DNA of 64,000 nucleotides, taken from the NCBI GenBank assembly GCA_000934665.2, contig KZ538503.1:1-64000 (forward strand), read 5' to 3'. How positions within the stretch are numbered: the first letter of the stretch is position 1; the number at the start of each line of letters is the position of its first letter. This stretch comes from Catajapyx aquilonaris (lineage: Eukaryota). Under the pieces are notes generated by a model. It saw only the letters and a list, made by a program, of their open reading frames with translations, had not been told where the DNA came from and searched no databases. Below, one piece after another: positions 14,230-27,606 of the stretch. A program made the position numbers and the translations under genes.

Positions 14230-17200
14230 TTTGATATAATGGCTCCAAACTGAATGTGAAAAGTTTTTGGCGCAATTATTTTTCAGCAATTTATTTCTTT
14301 ATTGTTGGACAGCCCTTAGCAACACTCGACAATTCCATCAGCAGATGACAAAGTGCAAAATATAATATTAGTCGCAGGTGGCGTTAGACACAGAGAGCCA
14401 GTGACCCTATTTCCTTGGCGTAAATTTCGCACTTTGTTCGCAGATAACCCAAACGGTGTACGAGATAATCACCGCCCCACTTCCTCCAGACGAATAAAAG
14501 TTAGTTACGAGCCAGATAGATCCTTCCTCTAATGGCTCAGACTTTGCAGGGGAGCAGAAAAGAAGAGACAAAAGATGGAAAGAAACGACTATTGGCATAA
14601 AGCTTGCCTCCAGGGCTATAGAAGCCCCTCAAAGTCTTCAGAAACTCCTCTACTTAGGCACACGTGGAGTTACAGGCTTGACTTTTTTTCATTTTTATTT
14701 TTTTGGAAGTGAGGGCAGGTCTCAAGGCCCCGGAAATATCACTAAAGTTGTGCAACACATTCTGGCTTTTTCATAACGACCGAGCAACAAGGTGTCGAAA
14801 TTGGGGTGGCGTCTATGGACGATCAATGACTTGATTGGGGATCCAGGGCAGACGCTTTTGGTGTAATCGACGTCGACGCCAGGCTCAGACTACCAATTAT
14901 AATTTTTTCGCTTAAAAAAGGGGAGTGCGTGTGACCAAAAAATTGCAGCCAGGCTACGTTGTTGTCGTATGATTACAAGGTTAATGATAAAAATTGCGAA
15001 ACTTTTTTTTTCTCTCTCACAGAGGGACAGCACATGCACCACATTCGAGCCCCCCCTTTTAATGACAGCGCATTATCGGTGACGATACTATAAATGCTCC
15101 TTTATGACGGGACACTCCCTATCTTCTCGCGCCTGCCCAACTAATTTGGGACGACCGGATCTCAAGGACCAAGGCATCTAATTGCATTGTTGCTCCCTCT
15201 GCGCCATGGCACAATTCGAAAGCCAAGCCTTGACCAAAAAGGGATACATTGCAGACGGATTCGATATAAAAAAAGAGCACGTACCATATCCCTCATACCA
15301 TTGATGAGAAACCAAACGTCGTCAAAAACCAGATGATTTTGGGTTGGGTCAATTATGGTGATGCAACCTCCTGCTGCAAGGTTCATTTTTTTTCCCCCGC
15401 TGGTGATAAAATTAGGTGGTCAACACCTGGACCCCTGTCAGCTGCCACGAAGACAGCCAAGGAATAATAATTTCATTAGCGGATCCGGGGCAGCATAAAA
15501 ATAATCCTGGAGCAAAACCTCCCTAAGGTCTCCAAGGGAGCAGGAATGAGCAGGAGCCTTGGTAATAATGGAGGATCAAGAGAGGCGTGAGGAAATGGCC
15601 GTCTGGCGTGACCCCAATGGAAATGGCGGCTCTACTCGACACATGTCCGCCCAATTTGACCTTGACTCCAACCGCTGAAAGTGACCTCGGAACGTGCAAT
15701 ATATGAAGGTCACGTGTAATGACGCCAGGTTTATTGCGAATGGCAAGCAATGTTAATTCCTAGATCCAACCACTCTAAACGGCAGGCCATAATTGATGGC
15801 ACGTGGCTTGGAGCCTTAAACCACGGGGATATATTATTCCGGTGGGAAAATGGCAATGTCCTCTGCACAAATCCGGTTGTCAGCCGCACTGCTGTGCACG
15901 CACATTACACGTGCCCGGATTTTGCCGGACGTTGACTCTGCTCAAAATGATGCTGTAGGGGGGAGACCAAATTCGCAGGAGAATTTCTCCAAAAGCACTT
16001 CTCGGGGAGTTTTCCTTTTCTGATGGTTACGAGGAAATCTGAGAGGAAGAAAAAAGAGGTCTAGACCGCTCAGAGGCAACAAACTCCGGGTTGGTATTAC
16101 GGGTTTTGTGTGGAAGAGCAATAATAATCTGCGCTCCCCCGCTTCCTAGTGCGGGTTTTGCAGCCAAATGACGTGTGGAGGCTATAACTTTAAGTCGTTA
16201 AACTATATAGGGAGATTGGATGTGTAAGTGCATCATCCTTCTCAACACTCATGCAATCCCTGGGAATTTAACAGTTTCTGTACACTATTCATGTACTAGT
16301 GTTGCGCACACTTTCAGCTTTTGTCTCTTATCGTGTTTTCCTGGCCAAAGCCCATTGCATGTTGGCGGACAACAAAACAGACCAAAAAAACCGGACGATT
16401 GAGTCTCATTGTGACAAATGTTTCTTCAACTACATTGGGTACAAGGGTTGGATTAAGCGTGACCTGGACCCCTACCCACGCTCGTAATGCCGCTTGGGAT
16501 TGGACTAAGCCAGGCTTTGTACAGACGGATGATCAAAAACACAGGGCGAGTCAGTCGAAACAGTCTTTGCTATTATTACGTAAGTACTGGAAGCTGCTGC
16601 ACAAGTTGGAACATTTTCTTCTCAGTTTTTCGTCGCTTTATACTATAGCTCTACATCCAGGAAAATAAAAGGAGGGGCGTGAAAATGGAATATCCAGTCG
16701 GCCGAAACCAAACTGGATCTCGATTTCCCGTCAGCCATTTCATCCTTTAGAAAATCCGCACACTGCAGTAGTAGCAGCAAGGAAATGGTGAAAAGGACGA
16801 ATAAATCTTCTTCTCCAGTCCCCCTTCCCCCTCCCCTTCCACCAAACAACTTCAAAATAGGTATCGGTAAGCTGCAGATTTGGACGTTTATAGTCGGAAA
16901 GGATACGTCTCATGTTCAATAGCAGGCAGGAGACTCTGAACAATATATTGGCTGTGAAGTTTGCAAACGTTTTCGCAAAATTGTCTTGTTTCAAAACCGA
17001 ATCGCAACTAATAGACGCTAACATATTCAGCACGATATAGCCAACATTTTGAGGTCACATATTGAGTATTGGTCAACCTGGTAGCCTACTTATAGGCTTG
17101 TAAATAAAAGGTAGTGTCGTGTCCCATTTGAATGGGGCCAAACTAGGCCAAATCCTGAAGCACAAGCAGTATGAATGGGCTATCTGTCCCCATACGAGAC

Positions 17201-17450
17201 CAATGGTGATGGCAAACCAGGTTCGATGAGGCCCCAGCCCTGCCCTCGTCCCACTTCCTCCCTGAATCATTCATCAATTCCTTTCCCAAACGAGCGACAT
17301 GCTGTCTTTTTTTNCCCCCCCCTGTCCAGCAAAAGCCACAACACACTTGCTCTCACGAGAATCATTCTTTGGACACACCACTGTCATAAGTCTCCAAAAA
17401 CGCAACAAAATTTCAAAATTAATTGACAGTAAAACAACAATTAAGGAAAA

Positions 17451-17780
17451 TCATACTACTAATCCCCTTCTTCTGTCTGTCCATGTTGACTTATCGCCTA
17501 GTGTAGTTATGTATAGTTTTCACTTTCCCCGTTCAGCAATTAGAGGACAGTGGTCAGAGAGGGTGGGACCCACTTCAATGGAGGCGGGTTATAGCACTCT
17601 GGTGGGCTTTGTCCGCGCGGTGACTCATCACCAACGTGCATGCGCTACTTTTCCTCTAAGCACGGCAGTAGTGCGCAGGAGGGGGCTATGCGTCAACTGG
17701 TTGTGGCCTATCGTACTACGTCCAAGTTGTGGTGGTGTGGGGGGGGGGGTAAGCAGTGTCCAACGACTAGCAACGACTAG
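17451..17780 (+). mobile_element. Non-autonomous Helitron-like element, family H2, complete
   Basis: A|TCATACTACTAAT...GACTCATCACCAACGTGCAT...CAACGACTAG|T. Homologous to the 13866-14229 copy along its length. The terminal 10-mer CAACGACTAG is duplicated. Confidence 0.8.
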
Positions 17781-18147
17781 TAAAGTCAGAATTGGAGTGT
17801 ACTAATTTGTGTGAAAATTGCATTGTATCTAACAAGTTCTTAATTTTCAATTAAATATTTAAATTTGGCAGAAAGAATATGAGCAGGGAAAAATAAATAA
17901 TCTCTCCATGGCTGGTATACACAAAGGATTAGTCATTCCCTGCGTGTTCTTATTATTTGGCTAAGACCCTACTTTTATGGTCATCTGAATAATCCGGCGG
18001 CGGGGACCTCAATATTACCCGCCCCATGAACATAATGGATTTAATTATCCCGGCGGTCACGAAGGATCATCATCATCATCTGAGGTCTCGGCGTTGAGCC
18101 CCAAAGTGACTTTGCTCCTGTCCCTATGATTATACAACGGGAGGAAG

Positions 18148-18150
<3 letters not shown>

Positions 18151-18186
<36 letters not shown>
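18151..18186. repeat. (CT)n microsatellite
   Basis: Direct reading. Confidence 0.95.
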
Positions 18187-18187
<1 letters not shown>

Positions 18188-18768
18188 GCTTTTCTCTCTC
18201 CCCCCATTTCCAATGGATGCTCCGTATGTTAATATTCCATGTGTCCGCGTCCTATTGATCCTCAAACTAGGCTTACATTATTTACGGACCCTCCCCTGCT
18301 TCCTCTCTGCTCGCAAAAATTGTTTAACTGGACTCAAACTGCGTAATACCTATAGAAATGTTCATAATAATAGCTCTGGATACTTAAGCAGCCAACAATA
18401 AATTATAGACACTCATACCATTTGTAGATAGACTTACGATCACTTCTATGAAACAACAAATTGGTATATAAATATGACTCCCAAGTTAATACCAGGACGA
18501 ACAATTGGCTGGCGAAGCACACACCAACGTAAGCATGAAAGTATGTCAATAATACCGGCGCCCACCGTGTCTGTCCCACTTCCAACTCAATTACGCAATA
18601 AATTAATTAACGCCCCGAGAAACTTGCATCATGCTACAGTCATACATGTTTCAATTGTCCGTTTCACTCAGATTTTTTTTTGCACAAATCTGCTTATTAT
18701 TAAGCTGGTTATTATCAAAATAACCACAGCTAATATTAGGTTTCACATTTTAATATTAATAAGCTACT

Positions 18769-19078
18769 ATAATAATTTTAATAATTTGTACCCCGTGCTA
18801 GAGCCATGGGCTCTCTTAGGGGGGTGGGATACCACCATATTTTTTCTGTCTGGAACTCTTTCTTGCATTTTTACTTTTTTTTCCTTATTGGGGATGGGAT
18901 AGGGACGGAAGGAAGCGGCTGTGGCCTATTAGTTTAGGAAACAACTCCGGAATTGTCCTGGTGGGACCATGGAAAACCACAAAAAACCACGGTCAGGGTC
19001 GGCGGCCCCGGGGTTCGAACCCAGGACCTCCCGATTAGCAGTCGGATACCATATCCCCTCCGCTACCACTGCTTCGGT
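18769..19078 (-). mobile_element. tRNA-derived SINE, apparently full length
   Basis: Minus strand has a tRNA-like head with B-box GGTTCGAACCC, a body ..GGTTTTCC..AGGCCACAGCCGCTTCCTTCC resembling SINE bodies common in insects, a structured 3' end and an (AAATTATT)n tail. Possible TSD AATATTA(ATA)AGCTACT, although the flanks are a degenerate minisatellite. Confidence 0.82.
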
Positions 19079-22000
19079 AATATTAAGCTACTTATTATTT
19101 TGAAGATTTACTTTTCATATCAGCTGCTTATTATTAATCAGTTGCTTAGTGGTTATCAAACGGTCCTCTGCTAATATAGATTGTGTTTCACATTTTAGCA
19201 TTAAGCTGCTTATTATTATTTGAAGAGTTTCTTTTTATGGTATCATCAGCCGCTATCTTCAGTGGCTCTAATATTAAGATTTCGCATTTTGCAGTAAGCT
19301 GATTATTTCTTTCAACTTATTATTTTTAGCTGTATTAGCTGCTAATATTAGCTTGTTCATGCATGACTGAAGAGAATAATAATCCATCGAGTTTTTCCGC
19401 ACTATCCAGTGGTTGAGGCGTGATCTGAGGCATCCTACCACCCTGTATGTCGCATGCCATGGTTTAAAGAGAATAGCTTTTTCGCTTCCCAAAAAGGGAA
19501 CATCGATCAGCAAGCTCCCCCCTCTCCCTGTTTAGACCCCCCCCCTCTCTCTCGCCATCATTGAAAATCGCGTTTTCTGTTGTGCAGCTAGCGTAGACCC
19601 AGAAAAAGCCACAGGCTGTTGGCAAATTTTCGTATTCTCTTGTCGTCGGTGTTTCTGGCAAGACATGGTTGGAATCTGTCCAATGAGTTGTTGGCTTGCT
19701 TCTGAAACCACCCCACCATCGTTTGCTCTCCTCTTTTTTTTCCATATAGCTAGTGTACAACTTGTGCTTTAACACTGTACAAGGTCAACAAGATGCATTG
19801 TTTTCCACTCCAGTCCTTCTTTTGCAAAACATTTTCAGGACTGAGGGTGCTTGCTGGGGGGACACACACACACAAAGAAAGTGTGGCAAACAGACGTAGT
19901 GTCCAGCTCTTTCCGCCCTAGTTCGCAACAATCAGCCAGCTCAGCCGCATGGGAAACACATCGATTGTCGCACCCACAAAACTATTCACGGCCTCGTCCC
20001 CCAAACTATCAAAAAAAAAAAAAAAACTCTCTTTTTCGAGCATCGTTGCTCGCTTTTTCCTGCTCAACTTATCATTTCACGGAGATAAACCCCGGGACAA
20101 ACAAACCCCTAATTAACCGTATTTATGCCGACAGCTGCTTCCCTGGCGTATCACGAACGGAAACAGCGACGGGATACGATTTCGACGCCGTCATTTTATC
20201 CACCACGTTTTATGCTGCTAAAAATCGACCGTTTCAAAAATATATCTTTTCCGGAAATTTGAGAGAAAAACATTTTGATGATGGAATGCCTGACTTCTAT
20301 GATTCGGGTGAATGTTAAAGGCGATTGGACATACCGGAAATTTTTAGAGAGACAATTACACACAGAAAGTACACAATATGTATAAAAAATTGGCACTTAC
20401 CATGATGAAGAGTACATAGATTTAAATCGACACTGAGATTTGCAGAAAGTACTGGAAAGTAATAAAATAATATATCAATTCAACCAGTCCAACCAGTTTG
20501 TTCCACAATATTAATATTATATCATGTGTTAACTGTACCGAGGTTTTCGATACCCACAGAATCTGTTTGACCCTAATATTATTATTGCACATTACCCGCT
20601 AGAGATCTACAGAGTTGACTAATTTTCCAACAATGTTATTGGCATCAGAGCTTCATTGTTTATTGTGAATACCATGTACAGTGTTAATAATAGATTCGTA
20701 CAATGTAACAACTATAGTGTAATGAGTTTGGAATATACTCAAATCACACTTATTCCTGTCGTTATTGTGTGATCATTGGGCAATTTTGAAGACTCAAATT
20801 ATTTTGAGTAATGCCCCACCATTTTTCCGAGATGAAGTTTGCAAGTGAGGTTTTGGTAGAAGAAGCCGACACGTGAAGTGTTGGTGATCAGTTTGCCAGC
20901 TTTCGATTGGGTTAGCATCGTCTTTTGTGTGCCTCCTACCCCCAGCACCTCTTCACACCAAATAGACTTCTCTCACTCCAACTTTTTTTCTTCTTCTTCT
21001 TCTTCCTCCTCCTCCTCTCTCCAACCATTCTCCAGATCAAGGTCCTTCCTATACACACGCATCTATAGAGCAATAAAGTGCTTCAGAACTTTTCTGAAGG
21101 CCGAGTTCCACACACAGCAACGAAAAAAATAGCGTTAATTTCTGGAGAGAACCCTTCCAATATTTTTTTTTCGCAGTGCAAAAAAAAAAAATGATTCGAA
21201 GTCTGTCTTTGGCAGCAATTTGGCCGTCACCGAGATGGCAGTGGAAAAACCAGAAGGTCACACTCTTTAATTTGAGGGGGGTAATTTACGGGGCAATTAT
21301 TCCGAGGCGTCGTTACTGGCTAGACAGACAGCAGGTAATGAAGATTGAGACACGTGAAATATATCTGCCCCTCCCTTTTTCTCTACAACATTTTTTTTTC
21401 CTTCTTCTACCCTCACAAAAAACTGCTGCACAATAGAGCCAATTAATCTTGGGAGTGAAAAAAACTGCTAACTACCTTTTAAAAAAAATCGGGCTAACGA
21501 CAGCCCCATTTATCATACCCGATTGCGGATGGCATGGACTGCAATGTCGCCCGATACAAATGATTATGTAAAGTGCAGATTACGTCACGTTTCTGTTGTC
21601 GAACTTTGGGCACAAGTATCGGTTCGAGATCTAAAATTAGAGCCAGTAATGTGAGAAACAGGGTTTAGAAAAAAATATATATATTGGAGAGAGGACCAGA
21701 AAGAAAAAAAAAAGCGAGAGAAAACTTTTTCCGGACGACAGCTTTGAGTCATCAAAAAGTACTTTATGGCGCCGATCGGTGTCATTTTTCCCGCCAAAGA
21801 GCCAAAAACAGAAACAGTCGACCTTCGCCCTCTGAAAAAAAAGGGGGAAAAAAAAACACATTTCGTGGACGAGAGAAGAATACTGGCCTCGAAATCGCAA
21901 CTAAACTCTTGTAATCATAAATCGCGATTACCAAAGTTTTGCCAACGGATTTTTGCTGACCCTCAGTTAGGTGGTACTTAAGGTGGAAAAACAATACTGT

Positions 22001-23088
22001 AATTTGTAATTTTGACGATTTAAGCTCCATTATGAAGGAAGTATTATTAATGATAGGTAATCACTAATGTGATAAATGTGGCCTAATACGAGTAACTAGT
22101 ACTTATTAACAATTGTGTAATTACCATCATATTGTAATATTAATATTAATAATATTAATATTAATTCGTTATTTATATATTATTTGTTTATTCCTTGTCA
22201 TTAACATTGGTTTTGACTATAGACCTATTATAGAGAACTGAAGCCCTATTTTTTTCTTTTAAAACAATTACATGTATAATATTTTTATTATAATATTATT
22301 ACTCCTGGCTCGAGTTTCGAACCCATGCCCTCGCAACTAACCAGCTTTGATCGCCTAACTACTTCCCCGTACAAAAAAAAAAATAACGAAAAATAACTCC
22401 TCAGAGGCTCGTGTGTAGCGTAGTGTTTTCCGGGTATGAATTACGGGTTTAATTTGGACTGGTGTGTGCGGAGGAATATGAAGTAATGTGACGTGATGAT
22501 AGTGGAGCTGGGAGAGTGATGGTAGTTTGGGGCTATAATCCGGGGCGGGCTTTAATACGCGGGTCTACCTACTAATAATTGCGGGGGCTTTAAATTTTGC
22601 GGCAAAAGAGTGGATGACCTTTGGCACGAAAAGGCCCTCGGGGTTCCGACCTAGAGCTTCAAACGCCCGCATTGGAAACCGTTCGCCACGTATTGACTGG
22701 GCCCAGCTTGTTGTCGACGCCTCTTTCTCACTTCTCTTTTGGGAAGGAAAAAAGTACAGGGAGTTTCGTTAATAAAGTCATGGGCATCAGAGAAACATTT
22801 CATATCATTTGGTGGCACTTCCATTGCCTCAACACACTCAAGCCTATTTGATGTCAATTATCTCAGTAACTAGTTTGCACACACCAAATGACACGTCTAC
22901 ATAAAATGATTCCCTGGTGCAACACACTCTAGAAGTTTGTGCGTACATTTATGAAACACCCTGCCTGCTTCGAGGTTGGGGGGAAAAAGAGGAAGAGCCT
23001 CGTTTTGCTTCCCTGCTTATCGCAACTTGTCACTTTCACCCGACATTTTCAGTCAAGGGAAAGGGGGGGGGGGCACGTTTGGATGTAT

Positions 23089-23090
<2 letters not shown>

Positions 23091-23126
<36 letters not shown>

Positions 23127-23137
23127 AGAGAGAGAGA
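23091..23137. repeat. (GA)n microsatellite
   Basis: Direct reading. Confidence 0.95.
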
Positions 23138-23418
23138 AAAAATCAGATTGTGTCTTCCAGCCCTGAAATTTTCGTGACATAAGCGTGTCACTTTTGTAAA
23201 GCGGGCTGCAACACAGGAACTGAGGGACCAACCTCTGGTTCGCATATTATCAATCTGGTTGACACAACGGGGCGGGTCCTGCCTGGCACTACTACATTTT
23301 TGGCCTCATTTTTTGGAGCCAGAGAATATTGCTCTGTTGCAACCATATTGCCAACATTGCATCTATAAAAAAAAATCGTACCCCTTTATGTAGACAACAA
23401 ATTATTGTTTATTAGTGA

Positions 23419-23702
23419 CTAGCAGTGAACCCGTTCTTCGCACGGGAATTGATAAATGAGAGAAATTTGCAAAACCTATAGAAGGGCTATCTGTGGTGGC
23501 AGATGAAACACCAAACTTCATATTTAAAAATCCTACATTTTGGGTATTTAAACCCAAAAATAGTGCAGTTTTCTGACTTTTCCCTCAATCAGTGGCACAT
23601 AATATGTCGGCGTGCCATATTTCAGCACTCTCAGACGTGTGGAAGTGGTTAGGTAGCCCGGACAAACATACATACAAACTTTCACGATTATAAGTATAGA
23701 GA
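23419..23702 (-). mobile_element. Non-autonomous Helitron, family H1, complete
   Basis: Minus strand reads A|TCTCTATAC...GTTTGTATGTATGTTTG...CCCGTGCGAAGAACGGG (subterminal hairpin) TTCACTG CTAG|T. These are the canonical TC...CTAG termini in an AT target with no TSD. Confidence 0.85.
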
Positions 23703-24940
23703 TAAAGCAGTAGTTGGTTATACACAAAATTTTAAATGTAAGTTGTTTGTCACACTGTCACAATGGTATGTGAAATGTAGGTGCTCAAATGTTAAATAAA
23801 TAAATAAATACAATCATAATACATGCTGTATTGCAGAAGATTAGGAATAGTGATTTTGTAACACAATTTTTGCAAACTAGCTTATAATAACAATATGAAA
23901 TCAGCGTTATTATCCTGACGTGATTACGCGATTTTAAAAACACAATCTGCCAGGCACGCTGCAGCATTATGAGCTGCATAGTTAATCACATGCAATTTTA
24001 GCTGCACTCTTTGCATAATAATGCACTTCAGTGATGTAACCAGGAAGTAACTAGAAACCAAATTAAAGTCAAGGGCGGATTGTCAAGGCCGTGTGAAATG
24101 TTTGCATTCTATTCTTGTAACATGTCAAGGTGGGGGGAAAAAAATTTGTATACAAATTGATTTTCTAGATTTCCGCATGCCAACATTTTGACACCGCTCA
24201 CTTTTTTTCGGGTAAATGTCACCGAGTTCATGCACAGACACAATACTTTTCATAACACGCTCATGACGCCCTTTTTTTGTGTGTGTGTTATATTTCACGG
24301 CCCTACCCCCCCCCCAAAAAAAAATCGGATATCGGATCATCCCCCCTCGCATTATTTCTGCGCAATTTTTCTAAAGGTCACACACGTGCTGAACACTGTA
24401 ACCCACTTTGTACATATACAGTATTTCAGCCCGCGAAAAATGATCAACAGCCCATCACTTTAATGCAAAAAAGTGCTGCTAACGACAGATAAATGAGGTT
24501 ATGTAACTCACCACTTCCTATCTTCTATACACTGGGATTTAGCTCCATTAGTAATTTTTCTAAAAACCAGTCCCAGATGATTACAAATTGCAAATATGTG
24601 TATAGTCAGCTGCTTCGGACGTCTAAGCGTCTATTTTTTGGGGAGGCGTGTTTGTAATGACTCTTGAGAGATGTATGATGGGCGTGTTCCGGAGAAGAAT
24701 AGTAGATTCCGGGGGAGGGTGAAATGGAGCTTCCCACCCACCGGATTACAAGGCGGAAAAACTTGTTAATTTGGCACGAATGGGAAGTGAGTTATTTCAG
24801 CTCCGGATTAAGCCACAACTCTCTAAAAACTAGCTCATTACTCCTCCTACTTTTAATTCGCGAATCACTCTTCCCAACTCATCATACACCTCGTTGATTG
24901 AGGATACAGTACCACCTAGCACAATAATTATGTTAGAATA

Positions 24941-25507
24941 TATGAATTTTTTTACGAGCTCGACCGAGTGCGCACTCACACTCGCGCAGCTCCACTGTTG
25001 TGACAACGCTGCCAGAATTACTCATCAGGAGCCACACCCATAGCCTCCGAAGAGTTCTGCTATATTTATTAATTATTATTTATTACTAGTGAACATGTTG
25101 CCAAAATTTGGCAAAACCTATAATCAATATGATAGTGACAATCAAACAACTGGCCCGCCGATTTATCACCTAGTACTAGTCTTCACTCATAGATGGCGCA
25201 TACTCATTCTGCACACTCCTGCCATCTTCAGAGCGTGTGAGAGATAGCGATACTATCAAGTCGGACAAACATCAGACAGAGAGAATAAGCATATTAGGAG
25301 AGAACTATTTGGTAGCCTCTGAAGTTCGTTCCAGAGACTTGGAAACGTCGCAAACATCAGCCATTTTGTCCCCCTCCCCTCCCCAAGAGTAGTGTTGGAA
25401 ATAAGTGCACCTACTCTACAGGGAGGTTACCAGCTATTATTAATGCCAACCGTGCACGCTGCGCGAACTGTGGTGCGCACTCGGTTGCGCTAGTAGAAGT
25501 TTTCATC
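24941..25507 (+). mobile_element. TIR element family T1, copy A
   Basis: Imperfect TIRs ATGAATTTTTTTACGAGCTCGACCGAGTGCGCAC / GTGCGCACTCGGTTGCGCTAGTAGAAGTTTTCAT. The body is homologous to copies B and C. Confidence 0.75.
25086..25301 (-). mobile_element. Helitron-like family H2 copy (short variant), nested in TIR element T1-A
   Basis: Minus strand ends TTGCCAAATTTTGGCAA CATGTTCA CTAG|T and carries the GGCAGGAGTGTGCAGA...GCGCCATCTATG core. Confidence 0.75.
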
Positions 25508-26502
25508 TATAGTGTGGTGCCCTGACCATGAGACCTGATCCTGAGTGTCTCCTTTTGGCAAGGCAGGCAATATTGGCAAAAAAAAAAAAAAAACGGGCTT
25601 TAGTGGGACGAGCCTTGTGTTTTAAAATCCGCGTCCGTTAAACCATGCCCGGCTCGCGGTTGGGCACACTGGTGGACAGGCATTACAAGAGTAATCCTGG
25701 CCTCATACACACACCCTGCTATGGTGCGGTTATAGCTTACCAGATGCGACGAAACAGCCTGCATCCTAAATTGAACCCATCATCTCCCTTGTATATATAA
25801 AAAAATTTCCTTACGCATATTTTTCTCCTTGAGATTTATTCGGCGGCACGTACTGATTTTCCTAGATAAAAATTCTTCCATGGTGTTTTTCTTGTTAGAG
25901 CAAGAACTACGAGAGGCTGTTTCCTATGCCAGATAAGCGTCACTATCTCGACAGTTTATTCGAGCAGACATGTCTCACAGTGGCGGGGAACCTGCCAGGT
26001 TTGTGTGCAGTCACCCTGTAGTGACACTGCAACTATTCAAATAGGCTGAAGACACAAATGTTAGTTATTTTTAAACTTCTCCATGGGTAAGTTAATTCCA
26101 GACTAGTGAACGTAATTATGAGGAAAACGTTGCTCGACTTTTTCCAAGAAAAAAAATCACATTTGATTATCGTCATATTGCTCATCGACACAAGAAAATG
26201 ACGTAATGGTTTCAAGGTTGTGGACTTTGTCTCTTTTTGATCCCCCCCTCTATCTTAAGCATCTGAAGGGCACCAGGGATTTAAGCCTGCAGGAAGGTCA
26301 AGCTAGGCCTTAATCTCAAGTGAGAAAAGGCTGTAAAACTTTGGTCATCTTCCAGATAGCCAACCTTCCCCATAATGACAGGGGATTACCAACCGACTCC
26401 GACAGATCCGGTTTTTCATTAGCAGGCCTCCGAAATATGATTCATTGTGACCTGATTTCGGGGGTGTAGGTTAAAAAAAAGGTCATCAAGGGTCGTCCAA
26501 GG

Positions 26503-26670
26503 CTACTGGATTGTCCAAAACTTTGCAAAACTGCCCGGGCCACGGACTGTCCATTTAGTACCATATTCTTCACATAGATGGTGCATACTTCCTCTCTGCA
26601 CACTGCTGCCACTCTCAGGGTCTACATGGTACAACATGCACTTAGCTGAACGGAGATGATGACCTCGCCA
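26503..26670 (-). mobile_element. Helitron-like family H2 partial copy
   Basis: Minus strand reads CCCTGAGAGTGGCAGCAGTGTGCAGAGAGG..GCACCATCTATG..CCGGGCAGTTTTGCAAAG. Further H2 fragments lie at ~10925-11015, 28578-28700, 45003-45100 and 60370-60475. Confidence 0.6.
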
Positions 26671-27266
26671 ATTTGCAATCGACACTTTTCGCCCGCCAAA
26701 AAAAAAAAAAAACTTTCCACAAACTGCTGATTGGCCCTAATTGAAACGAAGCCTCAACCAAAAGAATCAACCGAGTGTGGCCATGTCCCGCTCCCGAGCT
26801 TTAATTGGCTCATCAGACAAGATCAGTGGCGAGGCTGAACCTTGACCTCGCAAAAAGAGGCTTCACAGTTCAGGCTGACCTTGGGTCCTCCCATTGGCCA
26901 ATCACAAAAAAGGGACGCCTAGAGGGAGGAAGCGGAAATGAGGCAAAATGGAACCGTCTGGTTGGTCCTCCACATACAATATGCAAATTAGTACACCCGG
27001 ATTCCGTTTCAAGTTCAATCAGGGTAAGCCCATCGCCTCGGATGTGTACACTAGACTCATTTATGCTCGAGTTAATTAATTCCGAATGATGATGTTGCTA
27101 ATCGATATTTCGTAAACAGGGAGTGCAAAATATGCTCCTTTTTGCATAGCTGAACTTGTGACACGCCAACTATAAAGCCAGCAGGCAATTCATTACATGC
27201 GCAAAAAAAAATGTGCCAAATATTGAGCGGCCACAACAGAAGCCATTAGCAATTTGTTACAGTTTA

Positions 27267-27606
27267 CACTCATATCGATATTTCGATATATTTCGATATG
27301 CACTCAGTCATTTCGATATATTTCGATGTGCACACATAGTCATTTCGATATATTTCGATGTGCACTCATAGTTATTTCGATATATTTCGATATGCACCCA
27401 TAGATATTCGATATGCACTCATACATTTTCGATATATTTCGATATTATGAACTCATGCATTTTCGATATATATTTTGATATGCACCCATAGATATTTCGA
27501 TATGCACTCAACAATATTTCGATATATTTCGATATGCACTCACAGATATTTCGATATGCACTCATCAATATTTCGATATATTTCGACATGCACTCATATA
27601 TATCGC
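27267..27606. repeat. Minisatellite built of TTTCGATATA / TTTCGATATGCACTCATA subunits
   Basis: Irregular ~22-33 bp units. Confidence 0.92.

Noticed and set aside
16299..16487. H...CDKC / LHVGG peptides reminiscent of an LTR-retrotransposon integrase zinc finger
   Set aside because: The motifs lie in different frames with wrong spacing, and no DDE core follows.
20860..20945. Peptide VLVISLPAFDWVSIVFCVPPT after a ttttggtag, in register with GPCR TM2 (NLAxAD...IVFCLPAT)
   Set aside because: It lacks the MRTVTN and LAxAD conservation expected given how conserved the TM3 exon is, and has no phase-1 donor downstream. Treated as chance, although a decayed exon copy cannot be excluded.
22303..22365. 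B-box-like GGTTCGAAAC on the minus strand as a tRNA gene
   Set aside because: No cloverleaf. At most a decayed SINE head.
13122..24810. Recurrent AATCCGG/CCGGATT heptamers (e.g. 13122, 15870, 17991, 22537, 24741, 24803)
   Set aside because: Enrichment cannot be judged without a genome-wide k-mer background.
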